Below, piece by piece: positions 40,788 through 49,881 of a stretch of 64,000 nucleotides of DNA. Below the pieces are notes generated by a model. It had not been told where the DNA came from and made no database searches. It was given only the letters and a program-made list of their open reading frames with translations. This stretch comes from an uncultured Bacteriovoracaceae bacterium (GTDB taxonomy: Bacteria > Bdellovibrionota > UBA2394). Made by a program: the position numbers and the translations under genes. Where the stretch lies: positions 192,207 to 256,206 of the forward strand of contig CAZUTA010000002.1 in NCBI GenBank assembly GCA_964622975.1. Reading direction: 5' to 3'. The first letter of the stretch is position 1, and each line of letters begins with the position of its first letter.

Positions 40788-41603
40788 GTGACAAAGAAAC
40801 CCGGACAAATTGAATTTGGCGAAGTCGAAAAGCGAAAAGCTCCTCGGCGAGGTGTCTATGTGGTTCCTTCTCTGGTCACCTCGATGGCTCTCTTTTTGGG
40901 ATTTTATTCGATTATTTATACACTCCAAGGAGTGAGAGATGGCACGAGCTATTTTACTCCCGCTGTTTTTGCGCTCATCTTGGCCGGAGTCTTTGATAAT
41001 TTAGACGGACGACTGGCGAGATTGATGCGCGTGGAATCAGCCTTTGGAGTTCAATTTGATTCCATTGCAGACATGGTCTCGTTTGGGATTGCTCCGGCCG
41101 TCTTGGCTTATGGATTTGCGCTCATTGCACTTGAGCGTTTGGGCTGGCTGGGAGCCTTTATGTTTTTGACGTGTGCGGGTTTGCGCCTTGCGAGATTTAA
41201 TGTCACCAAACAAGAGCCTCAGTCTAAAAAATATTTTAAAGGGATGTCTTCGCCCATCGCCGCGACAGGACTCGGCGTCACTATGATCATTTTGCAGCGC
41301 TTTTTGGAGGGCGAAGCATTTTCTTACGCAGTTCTCGTGGTGACGATTTGTTTAGCTCTTTTGATGGTCTCAAATGTGAGATTCAGAACCTTTAAGGAGA
41401 TGGATTTTAATAAGCATCCACTTCAGTATTTTTTGATCATCCTGTTTGGATTGATTTCGATTTTTGTATTTAGAGAAGAAGCTCTCTTTGTTTTGTTTAT
41501 TCTTTATTTTCTGGGTGGCCTTGTCGAAGAACTGATCTTGTTTCGACGCCGCCGAAAGTCTGATCCCAATGTACCGTTCCTACCCTTTGGCGATCGAGAA
41601 TAA
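40788..41603 (+). CDS. pssA: CDP-diacylglycerol--serine O-phosphatidyltransferase (CDP-alcohol phosphatidyltransferase family)
   Basis: DNLDGRLAR...FDSIADMVSFG is the CDP-alcohol transferase motif; polytopic; 271 aa. Confidence 0.8.
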   Translation: MTKKPGQIEFGEVEKRKAPRRGVYVVPSLVTSMALFLGFYSIIYTLQGVRDGTSYFTPAVFALILAGVFDNLDGRLARLMRVESAFGVQFDSIADMVSFGIAPAVLAYGFALIALERLGWLGAFMFLTCAGLRLARFNVTKQEPQSKKYFKGMSSPIAATGLGVTMIILQRFLEGEAFSYAVLVVTICLALLMVSNVRFRTFKEMDFNKHPLQYFLIILFGLISIFVFREEALFVLFILYFLGGLVEELILFRRRRKSDPNVPFLPFGDRE

Positions 41604-41670
41604 TTAGTTATTTCAGATACTTATGAGGGGGATGTTTCGGGATAGAAAGTGCCGTGCTACAGAGTGCTTT

Positions 41671-42711
41671 CTATTTTCCTCCCAAAACTGCACAAGGCTC
41701 TTCGGTTTCCAGAGATGGAAGGCGAAGAGCCTTTATTAAGTTTTCGAAATAATCTCCCAAGATATTTTTGAGCTGATCGAGCCCGAGGGAATTGGAAAGA
41801 AAGAGCTGCTCTTTGATTCCTTTGTGTCCAGGAAGTCCCTTCATATAGCCAACCAAATGCTTTCGAATAATATGCGGTGCTAAAAAGGGGCCGTAGTATT
41901 CGAGGGCGAGTTCGTAGTGACGAGTAATAACTCGAAGTCTCTCCTCGGGAGAGGGTTCAACGAGCGGGGGCAGACCATGAACTGCTCTTTCGGCCTGATG
42001 ATAGAGCCAAGGATTACCGACGGCTCCTCTCCCAATACCGACTCCATCACAATTTGTTTCCTGCACCATCGCCCGAGCGGTTTCGTAACTCACAATGTCG
42101 CCGTTACCAATCACAGGAATCTTGAGGAGTTCCTTGAGCCGTCGAATATGCGACCAATCAGCTTTGCCTGAAAACGACTGCGCACGTGTTCGGGAGTGCA
42201 GCATAATGAAATCAACGCCCTCACCTTCGTAGATTTTGCCGACTTCCTCAAAGTTGAGGGATTCAGAATTCCATCCCGATCTAAATTTGACCGAAAATGG
42301 GAGACCTTCGGTTTTTTGGCGAACAATCTTACAAATATCTTTGATGAGATCGGGAGCTCTGAGGAGATTGCTCCCACCTCCGCAACTCACCACCTTTTTG
42401 GCCGGGCATCCCATATTGAGATTGAGGCCCGCGGTGCTTTGGGAAAGAAGGACATCCGTTGCTCGCTCAGCAAGAATGGGGGTGCCGGCCGCGATTTGAG
42501 TATGCAGATCGGGATCCCGCCGACCCAGCATTTTGATGGTCTTGTCGTTGAGATGAATGAGAGCATGCGAATCAATCATCTCCGTAAAAAGGACAGGCGC
42601 TCCCATTTCTTTGAGGAGAATTCGGTAGGGCGGATCCGTGTATCCCGCCATTGGAGCCGAAAAAACTCGGCTAGTCAGGTGGTGACCACTCGGTGTACGA
42701 AAAGGTCGCAT
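41671..42711 (-). CDS. tRNA-dihydrouridine synthase
   Basis: SAPMAGYTD and LNMGCPAKKV active-site motifs of the Dus family (DusB-like). Confidence 0.85.
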   Translation of the reverse strand: MRPFRTPSGHHLTSRVFSAPMAGYTDPPYRILLKEMGAPVLFTEMIDSHALIHLNDKTIKMLGRRDPDLHTQIAAGTPILAERATDVLLSQSTAGLNLNMGCPAKKVVSCGGGSNLLRAPDLIKDICKIVRQKTEGLPFSVKFRSGWNSESLNFEEVGKIYEGEGVDFIMLHSRTRAQSFSGKADWSHIRRLKELLKIPVIGNGDIVSYETARAMVQETNCDGVGIGRGAVGNPWLYHQAERAVHGLPPLVEPSPEERLRVITRHYELALEYYGPFLAPHIIRKHLVGYMKGLPGHKGIKEQLFLSNSLGLDQLKNILGDYFENLIKALRLPSLETEEPCAVLGGK

Positions 42712-43615
42712 GCGTTTAGGCCCAAAGATCTACAAAAGATTTACGACGGGGGCAAAGATTAACCTCATTTTGAGGGTTGGCCCGCCCAAAAAGGATGGCT
42801 TTCACGATCTCGAAACACTCATGCTGCCTCTCGATTGGGGCGATCAGCTGGATTTGCGACTCACACGACGGAGCGCTGGCCCAAATAAAATTGATTTAGT
42901 CGTTCGACCCCGCCTCAATTTGCCTGCCGAAAAGAACCTCGTGATCCGCGCGGTCGAGGCTTTTTCCGAAGCCTTTGGGCAATATTTTGAGGGTCGTATT
43001 GTGCTCCATAAGCGAGTGCCTACGGGTGCAGGTCTCGGCGGAGGCAGTAGCGACGCGGCGGCGGTGTTGAGAATGTTGGCCGAAGCCGCCGGAATGAGGG
43101 TCCGTCAAAATAAACGCCTATGGAGTATCGCGCGAGGTTTGGGCTCGGATATTCCGTTCTTTTTTGAGTCCAGTCCCAGTTGGTGCACCGGGCGAGGGGA
43201 TATTTGTAAACCGCTTCCTCGCTTGCCTCATTGGGAGATCGTCTTGGTCCATTCGCCTCAGAAGCCAGTACCCACCGGATGGGCCTATCAGGAGCTCGAC
43301 AGGCTTAGAAAAGGCTCAAGAATCACATTTAAAGGCCTCCCAGACTATCTTCAAGCGGGAGGCTGGAACATTCCCGCTCTCGAGAATGATTTTGAGGCGG
43401 TCGCTTTTCGGCGGCATCCGAGCCTTCGAAAAATCAAAGTGGCGCTCGCCCAAGTGGGGGCATTGGCTGCTGGAATGTCGGGATCCGGTTCGAGCTTTTT
43501 TGGGATCTTTGCAAATGGGGAGGCGACTCAGCGAGCTTGCAGGGCTCTCCGGAAGCGCGGCTTTGTGGCCGTGGCTTGCCGTACACTTTCGGGGCTCAAG
43601 AATGGACAAAGCTGA
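42710..43615 (+). CDS. ispE: 4-diphosphocytidyl-2-C-methyl-D-erythritol kinase
   Basis: GHMP kinase motif PTGAGLGGGSSDAAA and KINLILRV N-terminus. Confidence 0.85.
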   Translation: MRLGPKIYKRFTTGAKINLILRVGPPKKDGFHDLETLMLPLDWGDQLDLRLTRRSAGPNKIDLVVRPRLNLPAEKNLVIRAVEAFSEAFGQYFEGRIVLHKRVPTGAGLGGGSSDAAAVLRMLAEAAGMRVRQNKRLWSIARGLGSDIPFFFESSPSWCTGRGDICKPLPRLPHWEIVLVHSPQKPVPTGWAYQELDRLRKGSRITFKGLPDYLQAGGWNIPALENDFEAVAFRRHPSLRKIKVALAQVGALAAGMSGSGSSFFGIFANGEATQRACRALRKRGFVAVACRTLSGLKNGQS

Positions 43616-43654
43616 AAAAGCTTTTTAGTCTGCCCAAGTTGTTCTCTCAAGGAT

Positions 43655-43729
43655 TGGGGAGTCGACAAGTGGTAAGTCAGCAGACTTTGACTCTGCCATC
43701 CGTAGGTTCGAATCCTACCTCCCCAGCCA
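43655..43729 (+). tRNA. tRNA-Gln (anticodon TTG)
   Basis: Near-identical in architecture to E. coli tRNA-Gln: TGGGGAG...GGTAAG...anticodon loop CTTTGAC...GGTTCGAATCC...CTCCCCAGCCA, with CCA encoded. Confidence 0.9.
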
Positions 43730-43784
43730 ATCTTCGCCTTTTTCGCCACAGCTTCGTTGTGACAAAGAACCCTCGATTGGCTTT

Positions 43785-44387
43785 TCAGGGTTTGATCAAT
43801 AGGACGTTGGCATCGCTGGCGGTTATCGTTCGAATCTCTCCGTTTCGCATCTGAATATGGATTGTAGAGTCTTCGACTTTTAGCAAAGTGCCTCGCACAA
43901 CAAAGCTCTCGGGGGTCCAATAGGCCACATAGAGTTTGTTGTCCTCTCCCATAAAAACTTCTCGGGCGCCGATCTCGTGCGAAGCTTTTGCCTGAAACAG
44001 CCCTGGCTCGTAGTAACCTGTGGATGTGTAGTAGGGCATCCCAAGACCATCAGTGTAGCCCGAAAAAAATCGACCCGTCTGAATCCATTGCCAATAAAAC
44101 CGAATGTCAGCAGGAACAAACTGCTTGGTTTTAAAAAACTGAAAGACACTGATCGATTTGCCCGCAAACTTAACGCCTGTCTCTGGACCGAATACATGAG
44201 CCTTAGAAACAAATGGCCTTCCCAAGTGAAAAAAACTGAGAATGCGACTGCAAACTCTGGCGGCGTTCACCCCCACGGGTCTCTGAAGTGATGCTCCTGG
44301 TGGGGGCGAGAGTTCATAGGTCTGAGCGAGAACGCTTAAATTGATGCACAAAAAAACGGCAACCGATTTACCCAACGCATTTTCCAT
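43785..44387 (-). CDS. hypothetical secreted protein
   Basis: 200-aa ORF with a signal-like N-terminus, Tyr/Gly-rich; begins 56 nt after tRNA-Gln. Confidence 0.35.
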   Translation of the reverse strand: MENALGKSVAVFLCINLSVLAQTYELSPPPGASLQRPVGVNAARVCSRILSFFHLGRPFVSKAHVFGPETGVKFAGKSISVFQFFKTKQFVPADIRFYWQWIQTGRFFSGYTDGLGMPYYTSTGYYEPGLFQAKASHEIGAREVFMGEDNKLYVAYWTPESFVVRGTLLKVEDSTIHIQMRNGEIRTITASDANVLLIKP

Positions 44388-44432
44388 TTCGGGTGACTAT
44401 TGAATTTGAGAATCTCAGTCAACAAATGGCGT

Positions 44433-44957
44433 TTATTGCAATTGAGGACTGCATCCGCCGCTGGACCCATAGCCGGGAGTTTTGATGGGAGAAGTGTCAG
44501 TCCCGAAGGAAGAATCAGCACCCGTCGAAACATGGACTCCTGTGCAAGAATAATTGATGGCGGGGCAATAGACCTGGCCACTCGCGAGCCTCACTCGAAG
44601 CTGGATGGGCCCGCAGGCGCCGATTGGCAACGTGATTTTTATCTTTCTAAAGTTACCCGTCAGCACCGACTGATAGACCAAGGCGCTAGAACTTCCATCG
44701 CTCAAGAGCTCAGCTGATTGCACTGCGCTCGTAGAAAACATACTAAAAAATATCGTGCCGTCCGAAGAATCCACATTGGCCTGACCTGTTGGGAGAGAGG
44801 TACACTCGCTGACCACAGGCGTATTGACGACGGGTTGATTGAGCTCGCCCGGCGAATTCGAACTCACTTCCTCGGCGGGGCCTTTGAGTCCTGCAAACGT
44901 ACTGACGCCGAGCAAAGATCCAAACAAAACCACGAGAACAACGAGTCGAGTTTTCAC
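44433..44957 (-). CDS. hypothetical secreted protein (Ser/Thr-rich)
   Basis: 174 aa with a clear signal peptide MKTRLVVLVVLFGSLLGVSTFA. Confidence 0.35.
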   Translation of the reverse strand: MKTRLVVLVVLFGSLLGVSTFAGLKGPAEEVSSNSPGELNQPVVNTPVVSECTSLPTGQANVDSSDGTIFFSMFSTSAVQSAELLSDGSSSALVYQSVLTGNFRKIKITLPIGACGPIQLRVRLASGQVYCPAINYSCTGVHVSTGADSSFGTDTSPIKTPGYGSSGGCSPQLQ

Positions 44958-45108
44958 ATTCTAAGAATATCATGGGTCCCATGGGCAAGGGAGCTGCTCA
45001 CTCAATCTTTCTTTCTCTTGTAAGACATGTCTTTAAGGGAGAACGCTGATCGCCTAAGTAATTGAAATCAAATAATTTATTTCTTCAGACACTGAACTCA
45101 ATGCTCAC

Positions 45109-45954
45109 ATGTACAATAGAAAGGTGGAGCCTAAACGTCCCTCTATCTATGATTTTTTGAGCTACCGGGAGTTTCTCGCGGCTATGATCAAGTATCTTAA
45201 GAAGCGGGAGCGCCTGACGGTACGAGCCTTTGCGAAGCGCGCTGGACTTGCGAGCTCGGGATATCTCAGCATGGTAATTTCTGGTCAGCGCGAACTGAGC
45301 CCCAAAGCCGCTCTCAAATTCGCTAAGGCCCTCAAGCTTCGGGCGCAGGAGACGGATTTCTTTAAAGGGCTGGTTCGGCTGCAGCAAGCGTCCTCATCCG
45401 AAGAAAAATCTAAGGTCCTCGATGAACTCGTGCAGTTTAGATCCTTTGAATCCAAACGAAACATCGAGGCGCATCAGTATCATTTCTTCTCTAACTGGCT
45501 TACCCCTATTTTGTACGAAGCCTTAGTTCAGCCTCAGACGAAAGCAAGCCTATTGACGATGGCAGAGGCCTTGGGGCTTTCTAAGGCAGACCTCAATTCG
45601 AGCCTCAGTACTATGGAAGAACTCAAGCTCGTTCAACTGGAGAAGGGCAAGTATCTTCGAACGAGTCATATGCTCGAAACTATTTCGACCCTTGCGCCTG
45701 TTTCGATCTACAATTTTCATCGAGACGTGATTCAGGCGTCGTTAAGAGCTCTCGACTCGGTTCCTCAAGCGGAGCGACAGTATGAGAGCTTGACCATATC
45801 GGTATCTCTCGAAGAACGACAAAAGATCAAAAAAAAGCTCTTTGAATTTGTTCAATCACTCAATGAGGAGTTTTCTCAATCGACTCATCCCGAGAAGATC
45901 TACCAGCTCAACCTCTCATTTTTTCCTGTGGCAGATCTCCCAAAAGGCGACTGA
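45109..45954 (+). CDS. TIGR02147-family protein (HTH-containing paralogous family of Bdellovibrio/Fibrobacter)
   Basis: The N-terminus IYDFLSYREFLAAMIKYLKKRERLTVRAFAKRAGLASSGYLSMVISGQRELS matches the family signature as I recall it. Confidence 0.6.
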   Translation: MYNRKVEPKRPSIYDFLSYREFLAAMIKYLKKRERLTVRAFAKRAGLASSGYLSMVISGQRELSPKAALKFAKALKLRAQETDFFKGLVRLQQASSSEEKSKVLDELVQFRSFESKRNIEAHQYHFFSNWLTPILYEALVQPQTKASLLTMAEALGLSKADLNSSLSTMEELKLVQLEKGKYLRTSHMLETISTLAPVSIYNFHRDVIQASLRALDSVPQAERQYESLTISVSLEERQKIKKKLFEFVQSLNEEFSQSTHPEKIYQLNLSFFPVADLPKGD

Positions 45955-46096
45955 CCTTAAGCCACAATTCAATAAACTCTTCGGAGTTTGGACCTGCTTT
46001 GTCGGGCATAAATGCCAGAGACGTGAGGATTAATGCGGCCTGGCGCCGAGACCGCATTGGAATGTGTTTTGCAGATTCTACAAGGTGGATGGAATT

Positions 46097-46180
46097 ATGG
46101 TTAAGTTGCCCCTAGAATTCATTATTTTAGCGATCATTTTTGGAACAGGATTGTTTTTGTTCATTGCCTTCATCGAATGA
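46097..46180 (+). CDS. unannotated 27-aa hydrophobic micro-protein (MVKLPLEFIILAIIFGTGLFLFIAFIE)
   Basis: ATG preceded by AAGGTGGA at 8-nt spacing; a single predicted TM helix; sits in the 250-nt gap between the TIGR02147 gene and the HD gene; below the ORF-track size cutoff. Confidence 0.3.
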   Translation: MVKLPLEFIILAIIFGTGLFLFIAFIE

Positions 46181-46203
46181 CGAAATAATTTGAGAGGAGT
46201 TCT

Positions 46204-46842
46204 TTAGATCTCCTTCGCAAGGTCATCCAAATACCGACGCATAATCTGTGCTCTTTTTTCGCCCTCTTTTCGCCCCGAGAGTGTTTGAAGAGTTTCGACG
46301 GTTCGAAACAGCTTTTGATAAAAATGATCGAGAGTAAACTTGAGATCCTCTGGCTTTCGCTTATCGCAAAAAGGATCTTCATCGGCATAAAACGGCCGGC
46401 TCAATACCCCCGCCGTCGCAAAAACTCTGGCAATTCCGATGGCCCCAAGTCCATCGAGTCGATCGGCATCTTGGACGATCTTCGCTTCGAGTGTGCGAGG
46501 TTTGATCGCGGCACTAAAGCTATGCGCTTCGATGGCGTGCAAAATTTCGGCCTGCAGATCAGAAGGATAATCAATCTCGTCCAAAAACTTTTCTGCCGCT
46601 GCGGCAGAGAGCCTCGAAGCTTGTGACCGGCGAGGATCGTTTTTGGGAATAACGACGAGATCATGAAGCCATGCTCCCGGAACCACAATATTGAGGTCGG
46701 CCTTTTCGGCACGAGCCAGCTTTTTGGCCAGGGCCACGACTCTTCGAAAGTGCAAAATATCGTGTGCAGGATCATCTGGAGTAGCCACCTTTAGTATCCT
46801 TGCCTCTAAAAGAGATTCAAATTGATCAAAGATCATGGGCAT
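46204..46842 (-). CDS. HD-domain phosphohydrolase
   Basis: H...HD...D metal-binding pattern (ILHFRRV...WLHDL...DADRLD); 212 aa. Confidence 0.7.
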   Translation of the reverse strand: MPMIFDQFESLLEARILKVATPDDPAHDILHFRRVVALAKKLARAEKADLNIVVPGAWLHDLVVIPKNDPRRSQASRLSAAAAEKFLDEIDYPSDLQAEILHAIEAHSFSAAIKPRTLEAKIVQDADRLDGLGAIGIARVFATAGVLSRPFYADEDPFCDKRKPEDLKFTLDHFYQKLFRTVETLQTLSGRKEGEKRAQIMRRYLDDLAKEI

Positions 46843-46914
46843 CGAGAGATCTTAAACCGAACACTCGTTTTGTTCCATTGACGATATGCGGACGGGCTGG
46901 TTTGGTTTCAATCC

Positions 46915-47388
46915 GTGATGACATCAAGCTCGTTTCAAATCAGACAGGCAGTGGCTGAAGACGCCGATAAAATTGTCGAGTTTCAGTTGGCCATGGCTCT
47001 AGAGTCCGAACACATTTCTTTAGATCTTTCGACAGTGCAAAAGGGTGTGGCGCGTGTCTTCCAAGATTCTCATCGGGGGCACTATTATGTAGCCGAGGCT
47101 TCTCAGTTCGGTGTGATTGCTTCAACGCTCATTCAGTCTGAATGGAGCGATTGGAGAAATGGGGAAGTCTGGTGGATTCATAGTGTTTATGTCATTCCCG
47201 AATGGCGTCGTCGTGGAGTCTTTAGAGCCATCTACCAAGAGATCAAGCATAAGGCTGAATCGAGGGGGGATATTCGAGGATTGAGACTCTATGTCGAGAA
47301 AGAGAATTTTCCGGCCCAAAAGACGTATCAAGCGCTCGCCATGGACGCCGACCGATACGCTCTCTTTGAGTGGATGAAAACTTTCTAG
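46915..47388 (+). CDS. GNAT family N-acetyltransferase
   Basis: 157 aa; RRRGVFRAIY acetyl-CoA-binding region. Confidence 0.7.
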   Translation: MMTSSSFQIRQAVAEDADKIVEFQLAMALESEHISLDLSTVQKGVARVFQDSHRGHYYVAEASQFGVIASTLIQSEWSDWRNGEVWWIHSVYVIPEWRRRGVFRAIYQEIKHKAESRGDIRGLRLYVEKENFPAQKTYQALAMDADRYALFEWMKTF

Positions 47389-47392
47389 ACGT

Positions 47393-48547
47393 TTACTTTA
47401 GCATTTTTTGCAGCTGTTTGAGCTCACTACTGATTTCGTCAGGAATGTTTGTTCCCGCAGATCCAGAATACGAAGCTGTCAAAGATGTTTCGAGTTCTTC
47501 GTAGCATTTTCGTGCTTCGGGAGAGGTAGGGTAGCGAACAATACACTCCCGAAGATAATTATCAGTGAGTGAGAAAAAGTAACCCTGACTAATCTGAGCG
47601 TCGCATTCTGCGAGCAAGCGCAGCAGCTTGGGGCTGACGTCTTTGGCTTCACGATTGTTGATGTAATCAAAGATCAAACCCGAAGCGGTAAGAAAGGCGA
47701 CAAAGGACTGAGGTTCAAATCGTGCACCCTTTTGACTGAGCAAAGGTTGGATCGTTTTGTCAGCGTAGGCCTCAATCTCGGCGAGGGTCGCCGTCATTGG
47801 ATTGGGCGGTGGAGTTTTCGAAACTTGGCTCAATCCCTTTACCCAAGCAGCTGCATCTCTTCTCATGTGTTTGGGAAGAGATTTGTCTTTGGAATAGGCT
47901 TCAAAAGTTTTGATTCCATCTGCGTAGTCTCTCAAGACGCGAACAAAGATAACGAGTTGGCGTCTCAGCGCTGTCTCCTGTGCCAGATTGGCTGAATTCT
48001 TGGCTTCGGGACTCTTTAAAAATTCTTGATAGGTCTGCAGCGCTTCTTTGTAGTGCCTTACAGCAAACATGAACTCAGCTTTTTCGAAGAGATTGCCTTT
48101 GAGTTCGTTAGGTCTAAAAGTCCATGCGGGAAGATTGCGTCCTGGAACTTGTGTATGACACGAAGAACATCCATCTATAGTCGCGACAAGCATTCGACGC
48201 GCATATTCTTTGCGACCCGATCCAAACGCACTGTTGAGTTCGTCGAGATGTTGCTGAAGCGCAGTGGCAGAAACCTGAAAAGCCGAAGTCGATAAACGAG
48301 CACTATGGGGTAAGCGATGAGAAATCGAATTGAGGTTTGTAAGCCCTTCTTTGATCGCCTTCTCATTGGCTTTTTCTAAGAAGGCCTTTGACGAGAACAT
48401 ATAAGGCTGAAGCCGATAGAATGTCCCCATGAACTCATACATCACAGGTGGAACTTGTTGCTTTGAACTTTGCTCCGATGACCCTGCTGCCAGAATAGGA
48501 CCCGAAAGAACAACAATAGTAGTCAATAATTGGCTCAAAAACTTCAT
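47393..48547 (-). CDS. secreted mono-haem c-type cytochrome-like protein with helical C-terminal domain
   Basis: Signal peptide MKFLSQLLTTIVVLSGPILAAG; a single CSSCH haem-binding motif; the track ORF extends 13 codons upstream through a TTG. Confidence 0.45.
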   Translation of the reverse strand: MKFLSQLLTTIVVLSGPILAAGSSEQSSKQQVPPVMYEFMGTFYRLQPYMFSSKAFLEKANEKAIKEGLTNLNSISHRLPHSARLSTSAFQVSATALQQHLDELNSAFGSGRKEYARRMLVATIDGCSSCHTQVPGRNLPAWTFRPNELKGNLFEKAEFMFAVRHYKEALQTYQEFLKSPEAKNSANLAQETALRRQLVIFVRVLRDYADGIKTFEAYSKDKSLPKHMRRDAAAWVKGLSQVSKTPPPNPMTATLAEIEAYADKTIQPLLSQKGARFEPQSFVAFLTASGLIFDYINNREAKDVSPKLLRLLAECDAQISQGYFFSLTDNYLRECIVRYPTSPEARKCYEELETSLTASYSGSAGTNIPDEISSELKQLQKMLK

Positions 48548-48845
48548 ACACACATGATCACGGACACTTGCGGCTCTGGCAAGCAAAGGAGGAGTATTTG
48601 AATTCCTGGTTTACGTGGCCGTAAAGTACACTTGAAGCGCACTCTGACTCTTGGTGGATACCCAAGAGGGAGTGCTTGCTGCAGAGTGTTTTTATGCCTG
48701 AAAAACCCTCATTTCTTTCAGGGCCGAATGCACTCCTGTTGGTGGCAACCATCTTGCTTTTTAGCGCGCTAATTCTTTTGATGGCGCGGCGGGATGAGGA
48801 CGCATCATCGGGGATTTTTCGACCTACTTCAATTGAACTCGTTCG

Positions 48846-49574
48846 TTAGCGGACTTTCTCAGACAAAGAGCAGACGACGAGGGCAAGAATGTAGATGACA
48901 GCGAGCGGTGTGCCCAGCAAGAGCATCGTATAGGGATCGGCAGGTGTGAGTACTGCCGCGGCAATAAAGATTCCTGCCACAGCCGGTCGCCAAGTGCTCC
49001 ACAGAGCTTTGGCCGAAACCACTCCAATAAAATTGAGCAAAACCACAAAAACAGGAATCTCAAAGAGCACTCCAAAGGCAAACAAAAGACCCGCGGCAAA
49101 GCTAAAGTATTCGTCCATGCGAATCATGGGCTGAATTTCCGAGCTCGCGACTTGTAAAAAGAATTCGAACGCCGGTGGGAAAATAAAGAAATATCCCAAA
49201 AAAGCACCGCCCACAAACATGAGTGATGCAATCGTAACGAAAGGAACAACATAGCGACGCTCGTGCGCATGCAGTCCTGGGCGTATGAATCCCCAGATCT
49301 GATAAAAGATCCACGGAGCAGCAATAAATATCCCCACGACAAGGCCTACCTTAAGGTAAACCATAAATGGCTCCGCAATTCCTGTATAAACGAGTGGGCA
49401 AGACGCTTGCTGAAGAGCCTTGCAGAGTGGATCAATTAAAAATGAAAAGATCTCCTTGGAAAATCCATAGGCAATTCCAAAACCCACAAGCACTCCTATA
49501 ACGGAGTGGACGATTCGGCGGCGCAGTTCGTTGAGGTGACCGAGAAGAGGGAGTTCATTTGGAGGAGTCGTCAT
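48846..49574 (-). CDS. tatC: twin-arginine translocase subunit TatC
   Basis: LLGHLNELRRRI N-terminus and six TM helices; start placed at the internal ATG preceded by GAAGGAGGAG. Confidence 0.9.
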   Translation of the reverse strand: MTTPPNELPLLGHLNELRRRIVHSVIGVLVGFGIAYGFSKEIFSFLIDPLCKALQQASCPLVYTGIAEPFMVYLKVGLVVGIFIAAPWIFYQIWGFIRPGLHAHERRYVVPFVTIASLMFVGGAFLGYFFIFPPAFEFFLQVASSEIQPMIRMDEYFSFAAGLLFAFGVLFEIPVFVVLLNFIGVVSAKALWSTWRPAVAGIFIAAAVLTPADPYTMLLLGTPLAVIYILALVVCSLSEKVR

Positions 49575-49878
49575 TCTTCTCCTCCTTCTCTTCGTGTTCG
49601 GCGATGACTTCTTCGAGTTTTTTGAGATCAGCTCGAACACCCGCGGTAACGTCGTCTACCTGTTGGCGCACGCCGCGTTTGACTTCGTCCACCGTGTCTT
49701 TGAGTGAACGAAGGGTTTCGTCCTGACGGACTGACTGCTGAAAATCCGAGCGAGCTTTGGTAATCTCTTTAATGAATTTTTGAACATGACGGACAATGCT
49801 CGGAATCTGCTCAGGGCCAATGAGCACTGCGAGGATAATCACTAGTACAATGAACTCGGTGCCACCTATTCCAAACAT
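49555..49878 (-). CDS. tatA: twin-arginine translocase TatA/TatB-family subunit
   Basis: MFGIGGTEFIVLVIILAVLIGPEQIP is the TatA/B signature (GP hinge); followed by an amphipathic helix and acidic tail. Confidence 0.85.
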   Translation of the reverse strand: MFGIGGTEFIVLVIILAVLIGPEQIPSIVRHVQKFIKEITKARSDFQQSVRQDETLRSLKDTVDEVKRGVRQQVDDVTAGVRADLKKLEEVIAEHEEKEEKNDDSSK

Positions 49879-49881
49879 AAA

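Noticed and set aside
41603-41670. Possible bidirectional terminator between pssA and dus (ATAGAAAG...CTTTCTAT)
   Set aside because: An 8-bp imperfect stem, AT-rich, with no clear T-tract on either strand. Too weak to call.
43528-43920. Two long ORFs (130 aa on the minus strand, 105 aa on the plus strand) overlapping tRNA-Gln
   Set aside because: They span a high-confidence tRNA gene and its flanks; no coding signal.
48597-48605. Strong AAAGGAGGA Shine-Dalgarno with no ORF
   Set aside because: Only an 8-codon TTG-initiated frame follows. It is possibly part of a non-coding element; see the intergenic-motif finding.
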